Source: Candidatus Methylomirabilis sp.
GTDB taxonomy: Bacteria > Muiribacteriota > Ozemobacteria > Ozemobacterales > Ozemobacteraceae
Direction: 5' to 3'
NCBI GenBank assembly: GCA_020722725.1
Contig: DYKG01000003.1
Location: 45,129-109,128, forward strand
Length of the DNA stretch: 64,000 bases
Both the position numbers and the translations under genes were made by a program. Every line of letters begins with the position of its first letter. Position 1 is the stretch's first letter. This document shows positions 7,876 through 18,500 of this stretch, one piece after another. The notes beneath the pieces are model-generated. The model did no database searches. It saw only the letters and a list, made by a program, of their open reading frames with translations, and was not told the origin of the DNA.

Positions 7876-10800
7876 ATGAAGAACCTTCTGGCCATCTTTT
7901 TATTTCTCTGCCTGTGCATTTTTATAGGCTGCCTTGGGGTTGGCGGGGGCGGCAGCGGCAATCCGACCGGTTTGGTCAGCCTCAATACCCCGGCAATTCT
8001 GGCTGGAAGGGCTTATTTTGCTGACCGGCAACTCTATGGCAATATTCCTGTCTCTGCGGTAAATTCTGCCGGGCAGACTGCCGAAACAGTTCTGACCGAC
8101 TCTGCGGGTTATTTTGGCTTCACCCAACTCTCTCAGGGTCTTTACGATCTGGTTGCAGTAACCGGAGACAGCGAAGTCATCTTCAGTCGTGGGGTTCAGG
8201 TTGCCGGCAATACGCAAAAGCAGGTTAACGAAACCTCTCTTCTGGGCATTGTGGATGTAAAAATCTACAACATCGCCTCGACTTCTTTTGAAATTGAATT
8301 CAGATCGAATCGAGCCAGTCGAGCTTCGGTTGAATACGGCCCGGTTGGCGGTTTTCAGCAGGTTAAAACCATCGGTCAGGCTGGTGCAATATACCATCAG
8401 ACCAGGATCGACAACCTCAAACCATTGACCGATTATGAAGTCACGTTGTTTTTGACCGGTGATGACGGTCAGGATTTTGTCTACCGTGGTCTGTTCATGG
8501 CCACCACTCCCGAGCCCGGGCCCCAAAACCTTTCAGTAGCAATCAATGAGGGTGATTACGAAACCAAATATCAGAACGTAACATTGGATCTGGAAGCCGA
8601 TAACGCTACGCAAATGCGAATAAGTGAAACCTATGACATGGCCGAAGCAACCTGGGTAAGTTTTTCCCAGACCTACAGCTATTCATTTAAAACAACCACA
8701 GCGGGAACTCGACGAATCTACGTGCAATTTCGTGATGTTTCAGGAAATGTTACTGCTGTTCAATCTGACAGCATTCTTATGAACCTGACCGGTTACCTTG
8801 GAATCTGGATCAACGACGGGAGCGCGATAACCAACAATTCTGAAGCGGTTCTGAAAATCATGTTTCCCGGTGCAACTCATATGCAGCTGTCAAATTCAGC
8901 AGATTTTCTCAATTCATTCTGGGAAACTTACACTGAAAGCCGGCGCTGGAAATTCAGCAGCGGCGACGGCCTGAAAACGGTCTATTGCAGATTTCGCGGT
9001 GGCAAAGCGGATGAAAAAGAAAGTTTCAACGCCTCGATACTTTTAGACACTACTCCTCCTGAAGTAACGATGAAGATTAATGAAGGAAAAACGGTTACGG
9101 CAACAACTGCAGTAGCTCTAAGTTTCAGTTTTTCGACACCGCCGGTGCAGATGAAGATCACTAACACCGCAGCCCCGACTTCAACCATGGAATGGCTGAA
9201 TTTCAAAAGTTCATTGGATTGGGTTCTACCTGAAACCGATGGTGAAAAGACGGTTTATGGTCTTTTCAAAGATAGAGCGGGCAACGAATATGGGCCGGTA
9301 ACCGCTCTCATCACTCTTGATACCGTGGCCCCGACCGGAAATACGATTGATATCAGAGAAGGCGAAACCGCAGAGTCTGAAGTGGCATCATTCGCCTTGC
9401 TTGCCAGTCTTCCGGTTTATCTGCATTTTACTGCCGCAGACACCAGCACGTTCAAAGCACACTATGCTATAACACCGGCAACAACCACCGAGCCCATTTC
9501 TTTTACTGATGTTACAAGCCCGTTTGTAGCAGTTCCGCTCAGTTCAGACAAATTGCCGGTGGGCAAGCATAAAATATGGGTTCGATTCAGTGACCTTGCC
9601 GGAAACCTGGGATTTTTCCAGACTACCAGCATTGAAATTGACGGCCCCCAGATCATCATTTCTCCTGAAAGCGCAACCCTTACATCAGGGCGGGAGCAGC
9701 AGTTCAACGCCACAATCAAAAACATCGAAATGGCAGATGTTGGAAGCATCAGATGGCGGGTTATCACCGGCTCAGGAACTATAGACAATGACGGGCTTTT
9801 CACTGCCCCGGCACCGGTTTACGTTCCGTCTCAAACGGTTGTAAGGGCTGATTCAACACTTATTTCAACACTTTTTGCCTACTCCACCGTCAATCTGGCC
9901 ACTTCAGTTGAAATGCTTTTTCAGCAGCGGGACAGCAAATTCACCTATGATGCAATCAATGATCAGGTTGCCCCTGGCCAGAGTTTTAACGTTGCAGTAA
10001 AAATTCTCAACAGTACCCGGGCATTCGAAATTAGTCAACTGCCGGTTGCGGGTACCGTTTCTATCTCTGCCGGTGTCGCTGCTGATTTTGGCACAGTTGC
10101 GACATTAACCTACAACGCTCCCGCGGTTGCCCCAACGCAAAACCCAGTCACCATTGGCATCAGGTCTATTTCTGCCCCGACAACTGTTGCCGGAACCATG
10201 ACCCTGACTATTTCTACCGGCCCAAATCTAGTTTTAAGCCCGACCAGCGGTGACGCGCAAAGAAACAACCCGCTGACAATTTCTGCTACCGTCACCGGCA
10301 CCAGCGTAAATACGATGAACTGGGCAATCAGCCCGACAAATATGGGCAGTTTCGACCCCAACAACCCATCAGTCACTACCACGACTACGGTTTCGCCCCA
10401 TTCGGTAACCTTTTATGCCTCGTCTCCCGCCCGAATTCAGCAGGCATCAGTAACAGCGACCATCGATGGGGCAAGCAAAAGCACCATCATAACTGTTTAC
10501 CCGCCATTGCGCTTCACCATTGAGCCGCCGGCAACCTCTTCGATGCCGATCATTGCACCGATTACTTTCAAAGCCCAGGGTTTCGATTATCTTCTGGGAA
10601 CAGCCAGCGAAGCGGTAATATGGGAATTCAAAAACCTCAACCGCACCGATTACATGCCGGCAGATGGCAAAACCTTCATCGATCGCGGCTCTCTAACCAT
10701 AATAGACTCAACTACAGCAGAATATCGAAGACCGGCCAAGTTGCCGAGCGAGTCAGACGCCACTGCAGCCGATGCGGTTATTATCAGGGCAACCTCGGTG

Positions 10801-12363
10801 GCCGACCCACTGGCTTCATCTACAGCAATCGCATCGATCACTCCCAAGGTTGTGGTTGAAATTTATGATTCGATCGAAAAAGTCGCTTCGATCTCTCAAG
10901 CTGCCACGGTTGCCGAAGTTGGCAAGCTGCAGTTCTTTTCATCGGTCACTCCTACGGTTATCGGCAACACATCAGTAAGCTGGACGGTTAACGGAACTAC
11001 CGATTCAGAGCAGTATGGCTCAATTGACGCCAATGGTCTTTACACGGCTCCTGATGAAATCTTCGTAAATGAAGTCACAGTTAGAGCTTCTTCAAATTAC
11101 GATCCAACTGCCTATGCAGAAGTAATGGTTCAATTGAGTGACTTCTGGTTACCCAAGCGCAACAATATGTATGATTCGATTACCGGTGAGGTAATGCCGA
11201 TCAATACTATTATGGTCAACCCCTTTACCGCGAGCGGCACTGATTTTACGGTTTATGCAGGCACCAGCGGCTATGGTGTCTGGAAATCGACATTTTCAGA
11301 CCTTCCAGGCAATACGACCGGTGGCGATTGGAGCGGCATTGCCGGCCTTTTTAATACGGCAAAACAGACTGACGGCAAATTTTTTGTCAGCCACCTGGCA
11401 ATATCAGCTAATCAGAAAGTTTATGCCGGAACTATCAATGGAATTTACTTCATCGACGCGAATACTGATTCTTCATTGCTGCTAACTTTCTCTGGTGGAC
11501 CAGAAACCACGCTGCCCAATGAAAACTTTCTTAAACTTGCCTTTGACGCAACCGATCCGCGAATCCTATTCACAACAACACCAAATGGTGTATATAAAAT
11601 TACTTTAAACAGCAGTAATCCAGACCAGTTCGATTCTATTTTAAAAGTTTTGAACACTACCGACGAATACAGGGTATTAGAAGGACGCCCCAATGGTTCA
11701 GGTGGCTCGGTTGTAGCGTTTGGTGATACCGACCAGGTAAATCCAATCAATGCCATACTCAAAACCATTGCGTATGATGAATACCTTGACCGGCTTTACG
11801 CTGGTGGTGAGGGCGGTGTATTTCTTTATCTGCTGCGAACTGATCAGTCCAATCTTCAGACAATATCTCCAGCCACAGCTTTCAGAGGACCGGCACCGGC
11901 GACCGACACTTGGCAACTCGCACTTATTTATGATTTGACACCTAATCAACCGTTACCAAGTCAGCAGCCACGATTACCCCAGACTTCACCTCCTCTTGAT
12001 ATTGCGATTGACGTAGTGAATAGAAATACCATCTGGGCAGCAACGGTAGCGGGCGTTTATCGTTCGGTTGACAATGGTGTTAGCTGGGCTGCACGCCCAT
12101 TTACCTCTGGCAGTATAGTAAATACCAGAACCATAATAGTTGACCCGACAAACACCATAAATGTACTGGCAGGCAGCGAAGATGGCCTTTATCGCTCAAC
12201 TAATGCCGGTGGAACCTGGAAACGCATACGCAGCGGTCTGGGCAATCACAAAACGATTACCTGCCTGACTCAGGCTTCAGGTCTTGCCGGCGCCCGCCGC
12301 AAAGTCTGGGTTGGCACCGCCGGTGGCGTCTTCATGGGCAAACAATCTCTCGATCTGGAATAA
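7876..12363 (+). CDS. Large multidomain surface lipoprotein (beta-sandwich/Ig-like repeats, C-terminal BNR/sortilin-like propeller)
   Basis: MKNLLAIFLFLCLCIFIGC lipobox plus Gly linker; three ~90-aa INxG..DGxKTVY..FxDxxGN..LDT repeats; GxIDxxGLxTAP Ig-like motifs; GVYRSVDNGVSW and GLYRSTNAGGTW Asp-box repeats. Confidence 0.85.
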   Translation: MKNLLAIFLFLCLCIFIGCLGVGGGGSGNPTGLVSLNTPAILAGRAYFADRQLYGNIPVSAVNSAGQTAETVLTDSAGYFGFTQLSQGLYDLVAVTGDSEVIFSRGVQVAGNTQKQVNETSLLGIVDVKIYNIASTSFEIEFRSNRASRASVEYGPVGGFQQVKTIGQAGAIYHQTRIDNLKPLTDYEVTLFLTGDDGQDFVYRGLFMATTPEPGPQNLSVAINEGDYETKYQNVTLDLEADNATQMRISETYDMAEATWVSFSQTYSYSFKTTTAGTRRIYVQFRDVSGNVTAVQSDSILMNLTGYLGIWINDGSAITNNSEAVLKIMFPGATHMQLSNSADFLNSFWETYTESRRWKFSSGDGLKTVYCRFRGGKADEKESFNASILLDTTPPEVTMKINEGKTVTATTAVALSFSFSTPPVQMKITNTAAPTSTMEWLNFKSSLDWVLPETDGEKTVYGLFKDRAGNEYGPVTALITLDTVAPTGNTIDIREGETAESEVASFALLASLPVYLHFTAADTSTFKAHYAITPATTTEPISFTDVTSPFVAVPLSSDKLPVGKHKIWVRFSDLAGNLGFFQTTSIEIDGPQIIISPESATLTSGREQQFNATIKNIEMADVGSIRWRVITGSGTIDNDGLFTAPAPVYVPSQTVVRADSTLISTLFAYSTVNLATSVEMLFQQRDSKFTYDAINDQVAPGQSFNVAVKILNSTRAFEISQLPVAGTVSISAGVAADFGTVATLTYNAPAVAPTQNPVTIGIRSISAPTTVAGTMTLTISTGPNLVLSPTSGDAQRNNPLTISATVTGTSVNTMNWAISPTNMGSFDPNNPSVTTTTTVSPHSVTFYASSPARIQQASVTATIDGASKSTIITVYPPLRFTIEPPATSSMPIIAPITFKAQGFDYLLGTASEAVIWEFKNLNRTDYMPADGKTFIDRGSLTIIDSTTAEYRRPAKLPSESDATAADAVIIRATSVADPLASSTAIASITPKVVVEIYDSIEKVASISQAATVAEVGKLQFFSSVTPTVIGNTSVSWTVNGTTDSEQYGSIDANGLYTAPDEIFVNEVTVRASSNYDPTAYAEVMVQLSDFWLPKRNNMYDSITGEVMPINTIMVNPFTASGTDFTVYAGTSGYGVWKSTFSDLPGNTTGGDWSGIAGLFNTAKQTDGKFFVSHLAISANQKVYAGTINGIYFIDANTDSSLLLTFSGGPETTLPNENFLKLAFDATDPRILFTTTPNGVYKITLNSSNPDQFDSILKVLNTTDEYRVLEGRPNGSGGSVVAFGDTDQVNPINAILKTIAYDEYLDRLYAGGEGGVFLYLLRTDQSNLQTISPATAFRGPAPATDTWQLALIYDLTPNQPLPSQQPRLPQTSPPLDIAIDVVNRNTIWAATVAGVYRSVDNGVSWAARPFTSGSIVNTRTIIVDPTNTINVLAGSEDGLYRSTNAGGTWKRIRSGLGNHKTITCLTQASGLAGARRKVWVGTAGGVFMGKQSLDLE
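8527..9333 (+). repeat. Three tandem ~90-aa beta-sandwich repeats within the 1.5-kaa lipoprotein
   Basis: AINEGD..GTRRIYVQFRDVSGN / WINDGS..DGLKTVYCRFRG..LDTTPP / KINEGK..DGEKTVYGLFKDRAGN..LDTVAP. Confidence 0.75.
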
Positions 12364-12401
12364 TACCAACTTAATTCGTTCGTGACACTACGATTTAAAG
12401 C

Positions 12402-12427
12402 GGGCCGACGCGAAGGTCGACCCCTAC
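12402..12427 (-). repeat. GTAG-type REP-like palindrome
   Basis: Minus strand reads GTAG-GGGTCGAC-CTTCGC-GTCGGCCC (GTAG foot plus 8-bp stem with one G.U); intergenic between convergent genes. Confidence 0.6.
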
Positions 12428-12502
12428 GAATATTTCTTCTGTGATTCGTATGACAAATCAATCTGATTTGGGCAAGTTCTGGAAACCACTTTTCATTACA
12501 AC

Positions 12503-15500
12503 TTACCATGCGCCGGTTCTGAATCTGATGATGTAGTTATTCGTGCGGTCAGTGACATAAAGGTCATTTTGAATAATGGCAATACCGTAAGGCTCGGTAA
12601 ATTCACCGCGATCGATGCCGTTGCCGTTTTTTCCAAATGAATAAATCAAATTACCGCTTGAATTGATTACATGAACCCTTGGAGTCCCGGCAGTCTGATC
12701 AGTCACGTATGTGTTACCAGTGGAACTGTAAGCAAAATTCGTCGGGTTGTTAACCGTCTGAGAAAGCCAGCTGGCCACCGAATTCAAATCGTTGCCGAAC
12801 CTCAGTACCTTATCGTTACCATATTCAGAAACTCCAAGAGTGGTGGCATTGATCAGATTAATGTCACGAGGCGTGCTTAAAGCCTGAGATTCACTAAAGA
12901 AAACCCCATTGGTAATATCTAGTTTTTTGATGCGGTTATTGTCGGTATCTGCGACATAAATTGCATTGGCATCGACGCAGAATCCAAATGGATTTTTGAA
13001 CTGAGTTGAAAGGTTGCCATCGGGAATATAATAGTTTCTGATTGAAGAATGCAAGGTGCCAGTATCCCAGCTCTGAATTCGGTAATTTCCGCCGGAAAGG
13101 TTGCCGAGACTGTATAAGGTCGTGCCAGTATATGAAATATCCAGGTAAGAATGAGTCTGGGAAGCAACAGCAGTCTCAGTAGCAATTGAGGGAAAATCAC
13201 CAATTGTGGTTAATCCGGCGGTAAGACGATTCAATTTAACGATTCGTGAATTACCCGGATCAATAACGAAAGCCGCATTATTGCCAAATCCTAATATAGC
13301 CGTTGGCCCGCTCAGGGTTCCTGGCCCAAAGGGGGCACCGCCAAGCGGAGTGAAAGTATTGTAACCTTCCGAATCCCAGATCCAGAAAGTAAAGCTAGCG
13401 GTTGAAATCTGGTTGTATTCATCCTGAACCTGAACCGTGTAAGTGTAACTGCCGGGCGTTTCAAAGTTGCGGGTCAGGGTTGCCACATTGCCAAGCAGCA
13501 CTGCGCCTTCATACCAGTTGATTTTCGCCGGGGCAATAATGTCGGTGTCTTCTTCCTGAGCGGTTACGCTGAAGGTAACCTGCATACCAGGGCTTGCAAG
13601 ATGAATGGGAATATAATTCGAAGGCAGCGGGTATTCTGGCCCGTCGGCAAATTTTGCCGGAGAGCTGATGAAGGGTTTTGAAATAAACGTTGGAAGTTTG
13701 TCGATGAGCACCTGAATAGTAGATGACCTGGCGGTATTCTGGGTATCAGTGCCTATGTAAGTAATAGTCTGAACACCACGGGTGAGGGCTGAAGTATTCA
13801 AAGTCGGGCCGCCGCCGAATGACGTGGTGCCTTCCGGCCACCACCAGTCGGTGGGAATCAATGCGGTCAAATCAGGAGTGCCGGTGAAAGAAATCGTTGC
13901 ACCAGTGTCGAATCTGGTGCCAGAAGCGGGGGCAGTTATGGAAGGCACCCCGATACCGACCTGAATAGTGTAAGTTGCGCTGTTGAAAGTGCCGAGATCG
14001 TCGAGACCACCCAGCGAGATGTTGATGGTTCCGGTGGGGAGTTCGGCGACGGTTCCGGCAAAGCTGTTGGTGCCACTCTTGTAGAGAGCGCTGTTTTTAT
14101 ACCAGCGAAGCGATGCCACGGGGATGGCAAAACCACCAGAATCTGTGCCAGAGCCGCTGAAATTGATATTCTGCCCGCCGAAATACTTGCCATTATTATC
14201 TGGATCGATAATCGTAAAAGTGGGTGGGTCATTTATCACAATCTGAATGGTTTTCGATTTCGATAATCCGGCCGAATCGGTTCCAATGTAGGTGATAGTC
14301 TTGAGCCCGCGGGTCGGGAAGGCATAGGAAATATTTGCGCCGCTTCCCATGAGAGTTACGTTATCAAGATACCAATTCATGGTAAGCGGGCCACCCGAAT
14401 CAGGGCTACCGGTGAAATTTACATTTGCACCGATAGCAAATCTGGTTCCTGAAGCCGGGCTTGAGATGGTCGGGTGGCTGACACCCACTTCGATGGTATA
14501 GGTTGCACCGCCATAAGCGTTGAATTCGTCTTTAACCTGCAGGCCAATATCTCTGGTGCCGGTGGGCATTTCGGCAACCGTGGCGGTGAAAGCATCGACA
14601 CCGGATTTAAAATTGGTGGTATCGCGGAACCATTTGAAATTGGCGGCGGCAATTGCGCCACCACCTGAATCGGTGCCGGTTCCCGAGAAACTGAGGGTCT
14701 GGTAACCAAAATATCTGCCATTATTGGCGGGTAAAGCAATGGCGGCTGCCGGTGCGTTGTTAAGCACTATCTGAATGCTGCCTGACCTGGTAGTGCCAGC
14801 ATCGTCGGTGCCGCGATAGGTCAAAGTCTGCAGACCGCGAGGCAGAGTGGCAATCGAAGCGTTGGGTCCGGCACCAAACACGGCAGCCCCTTCCACCCAA
14901 TACCATTCGGTGCTTATCACCCCGGTCAGATCAGGGGAACCGGTCAGAGCGATGTTGCTGCCAAGAGCATAGCGGGTTCCAGAGGCTGGACTGCTAACCG
15001 AAGGATGGCTGATTCCCACTTCAATCGTGTGGGTTGCACCATTGTAAGTGCCCAGATTATCTTTGGTCTGCAGACCGATCTGCAGAGTGCCGGTAGGCAG
15101 ATCAGCTACCGAAGCCGAAAAATTGGCGAAACCATTTTTGAAATTGGTTCCGTCTCTGAACCATTTAAAAGTCGAAGTATCGACGGCTGAGCCGCCTGAA
15201 TCGGTGCTGCTGCCCGAAAACGCCAGAGTCTGACCACCAAAGTAGTTGCCATTGTTAACCGGAGTTGCGATGCTCACCGTCTGCGGGTTATTGAGAACAA
15301 CCTGAATGGCACCGGATCTGGTGGTTCCGGCGCTGTCGGTGCCTCGGTAGCTGAGAGTGTGCAGACCCCTGGGCAATGTTGCGATTGAGGCATTGGGTCC
15401 GGCGCCGAAAACGGCGGTTCCCTGGGTCCAGTACCATTCTGTGGGTATCAGCCCGGTCAGATCGGGGAAACCGGTCAGCGCAACATTACTGCCCAGAGCG

Positions 15501-18500
15501 TATCTGGTGCCTGAAGCGGGCCCGGTGATCTGCGGCACGTCGATGCCAGTCTGAATCGTGTTGGTAACTGTGCCGGTGGTGCCGAAGGAATCGGTGCCGT
15601 CGAGTCTGACGTTAACCGTGCCAGTGCCAAGCTCGGCGATGGTGGCTGAAAAATTTGCAACAGAGTTTCGCCAGGAAGAACCGTCACGATACCATTTAAA
15701 AGTGCTGGTCAAAATCGGTGAACCGCCCAGATCGACACCCGAACCCGATACGCTCAGTATCTGACCGCCGAAATATTTGCCGTTGTTTACCGGGGCAGCA
15801 ATGGTCATGGTCGGGGTTTCGTTGATCAGTATCTGAATATCCTTGCGGCTCAGCAGACCGGCGCTGTCAGTGCCGATATAAGAAATGGTCTTAACCCCTC
15901 GGGTTGCAAAGCTGTAAGTCAGGTTAGCCCCGTTGCCAAGCAGAGTTTCGCCGGCCTTGCCATAATCGAAATACCAGTACATGGTAATCGGTGCCGTCGT
16001 ATCCGGGGTTCCGGTGAAGTTTATATTGGCACCGATGCTGTAAGTCGAGCCTGACGCTGGGGATATGATGTCGGCAAGCGGATGACCGTAGAAAATATCG
16101 TGGGTTCCGGTGCCAGTGGTGCCGTATTGGTCAACACCGGCTGCATCGATGGTGTGCCAGCCCACGGTCAGGTCACCGGCATTAACGGTTGCAGGTGATC
16201 CGGTGTCAAACAGGGCTCCATCAATATACCATTTGAAAGTCGAGGCATTGATTGGCGGGTTTGGTGCGATCGCTTCGATTCCAGACCCTGCCAGATTGAA
16301 CGAAGCCCCGGCAAAAATCACCGCATCAGAAACACCATCGGCAGGCGGGGTGAAAGTAATGGTCGGCGAATCGTTCATCAGAATCTGAACGCTGAAAGAG
16401 CTGCAATAACCGGCACTGTCGGTGCCCAGATAAGTGATGGTGTTGAGACCGGCAGGAATGGTGCTGGTATTGAAGCTGGCCGCATTGCTCATATACACCG
16501 GCGCTCCGCCATTTGAGCGGTACCACTGCATATCGATCGGGGCCAGAGTTGCAGGAGAACCGGCAAATGCCACATTTGAGCCAATCGGGAAAGTTGAACC
16601 CGACGCGGGCGCGGTGATCTGAGCCAGGGTTACGCCGTAATAAATGCTGTTGGTTATGTCACTGCTTACACCAAGAGAGTTTTGTGCTTCAACTTTGATC
16701 TGGTGCAGGCCGACACTGAGATCACCAACATTGACCTGAACCGGCGAGCCGCTTCTGAATGCTGCAGTTTCGCTGTCGCGATACCATTTGGCCGTAGCTT
16801 CAACGACATCCCCGCCAACTGTCAGGTTGAAAGGTTGCCCGACAAAAAGTCGCGAGCCATTTCCGGGAGTGAAGTTAATCGCAGGACTGTTGCTGACGAT
16901 TACCCGGATAGTCGCAGAGCTAACCACCCCGGCCGAATCGGTTCCAATATAGGTTATAAAATGATTGCCATTAGGAATGATGGCATTGAGCGTAGTACCA
17001 TTGCCAAGCAGGGTCGAGCCAACCGTGTTATAATCGAGCCACCACTGCATGGTAATCGGACCAGTGGTGTCGGGAGTGCCGGTAAAGCTGTACATGGTAG
17101 ATTCAGGAATTACCGTATCGTTGAGCGGTGAACTTATGCTGGCGTTGGCGACTCCGAGATAGATGCTCTTGATTTCTTTGCCAACGGCGTTGATAGAATT
17201 GGTTCCACGCAGCTCAACCTGTCTTAGCCCTGGCCCAACCGCAGAAACCATTGCCGGATCGACAGTGAATACAGAGAAAGAGGCCAATCTCTGAGTATTA
17301 TCGATATACCAGGCCATACGGTTTGCAGGAATGGGCAAACCGGTCAGGGTGTCAGTTCCAACCCCGTAGAAAATAACATTTTTGCCGGCAAAGAAGGCTG
17401 TGCCCGCTCCAGGTGAAAAATCCATGGTGGGAAACTGACCAATGCTGAGATTTATACTGTCAGAGCTGATAAAACCTGTGCTGTCGGTACCAAAGTAAGA
17501 GATATTGTAATAACCGTCAGGCAGCGAATTGGTGCTGACATTGGCCCCTTCGCCGATCGGCGTGGCCCCAGGCTGGCCGTAATTGGCCCACCACTGCATG
17601 GTAATCGGCCCAATACTGTCGGGAACGCCTGAAAAATTAATGGTAGTGCCCGAAGTAAACGTCGAATCATTGGCGGGCGAATTGATCTGAGACATGGTGA
17701 TGCCGCTTCTGATGGTATGAGTCCGAGTAGCGAGGGTGCCATATGGCCCAACGGCCTCAAGTGCTATCTGATAAGTGCCTGGTGCCATCTGATTGAGCAG
17801 GAAGCCTTGGGAAACCGTGAAGACACTGCCAGTTCTCCAGAAACCGCCGTCAATATACCACCGCAGCCTGGTATCAGGAATCACGTTGTTGTCTGTATCA
17901 ATGGCATTGCCGTTAAAAGTAATATTATGGCCGGCAAAAATGCAGGCTCCATCGGCCGGAGTGTAAGTGACAATAGGCGGGCGCTCGACAACGATTCCAA
18001 TCGTCGCCGAACCAACAAAGCCCTGACTGTCGGTACCACGATAACTTACCCGATAAGCACCGTTTGGCGGAGAATAAGTTACATTCTGGCCGCTGCCAAA
18101 GCTATTGGGGTCTTCATTCAGGAACCATGCAAGATTGAGGGTTCCGGTTGAGTTGGGGGTTGCAGCAAAATTGATGCTGGTACCCGGGTCAAATCTAGTG
18201 CCGCTCGCCGGGCTGGTTATAACCGGAAGCTGCCACCCGACTTCAATGGCATGGGTCGGACTATCGGCCTGGCCCAACTTGCTTTCACCCTGAACTCTGA
18301 CCCGATATGTTCCCGGAACCAATGAATTAGAGGCAATTACAAAACTTTCACCGGTCTGCCAGATGGCTGGCTGATTATTCAAATACCATTCGAATTTGGT
18401 CACATCAAGGACACTGCCATCAGAATCGGTTCCGCTGGCCAGAAAACTGATCGAATTTCCGGCAAAAATTACACTGCGATCGGTGGGCAAAAAGGTAATG

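Noticed and set aside
13702..15826. Repeats as a CRISPR array or a diversity-generating retroelement TR/VR pair
   Set aside because: They are long in-frame coding units with differences not restricted to adenines; no reverse transcriptase or cas gene is in the window.
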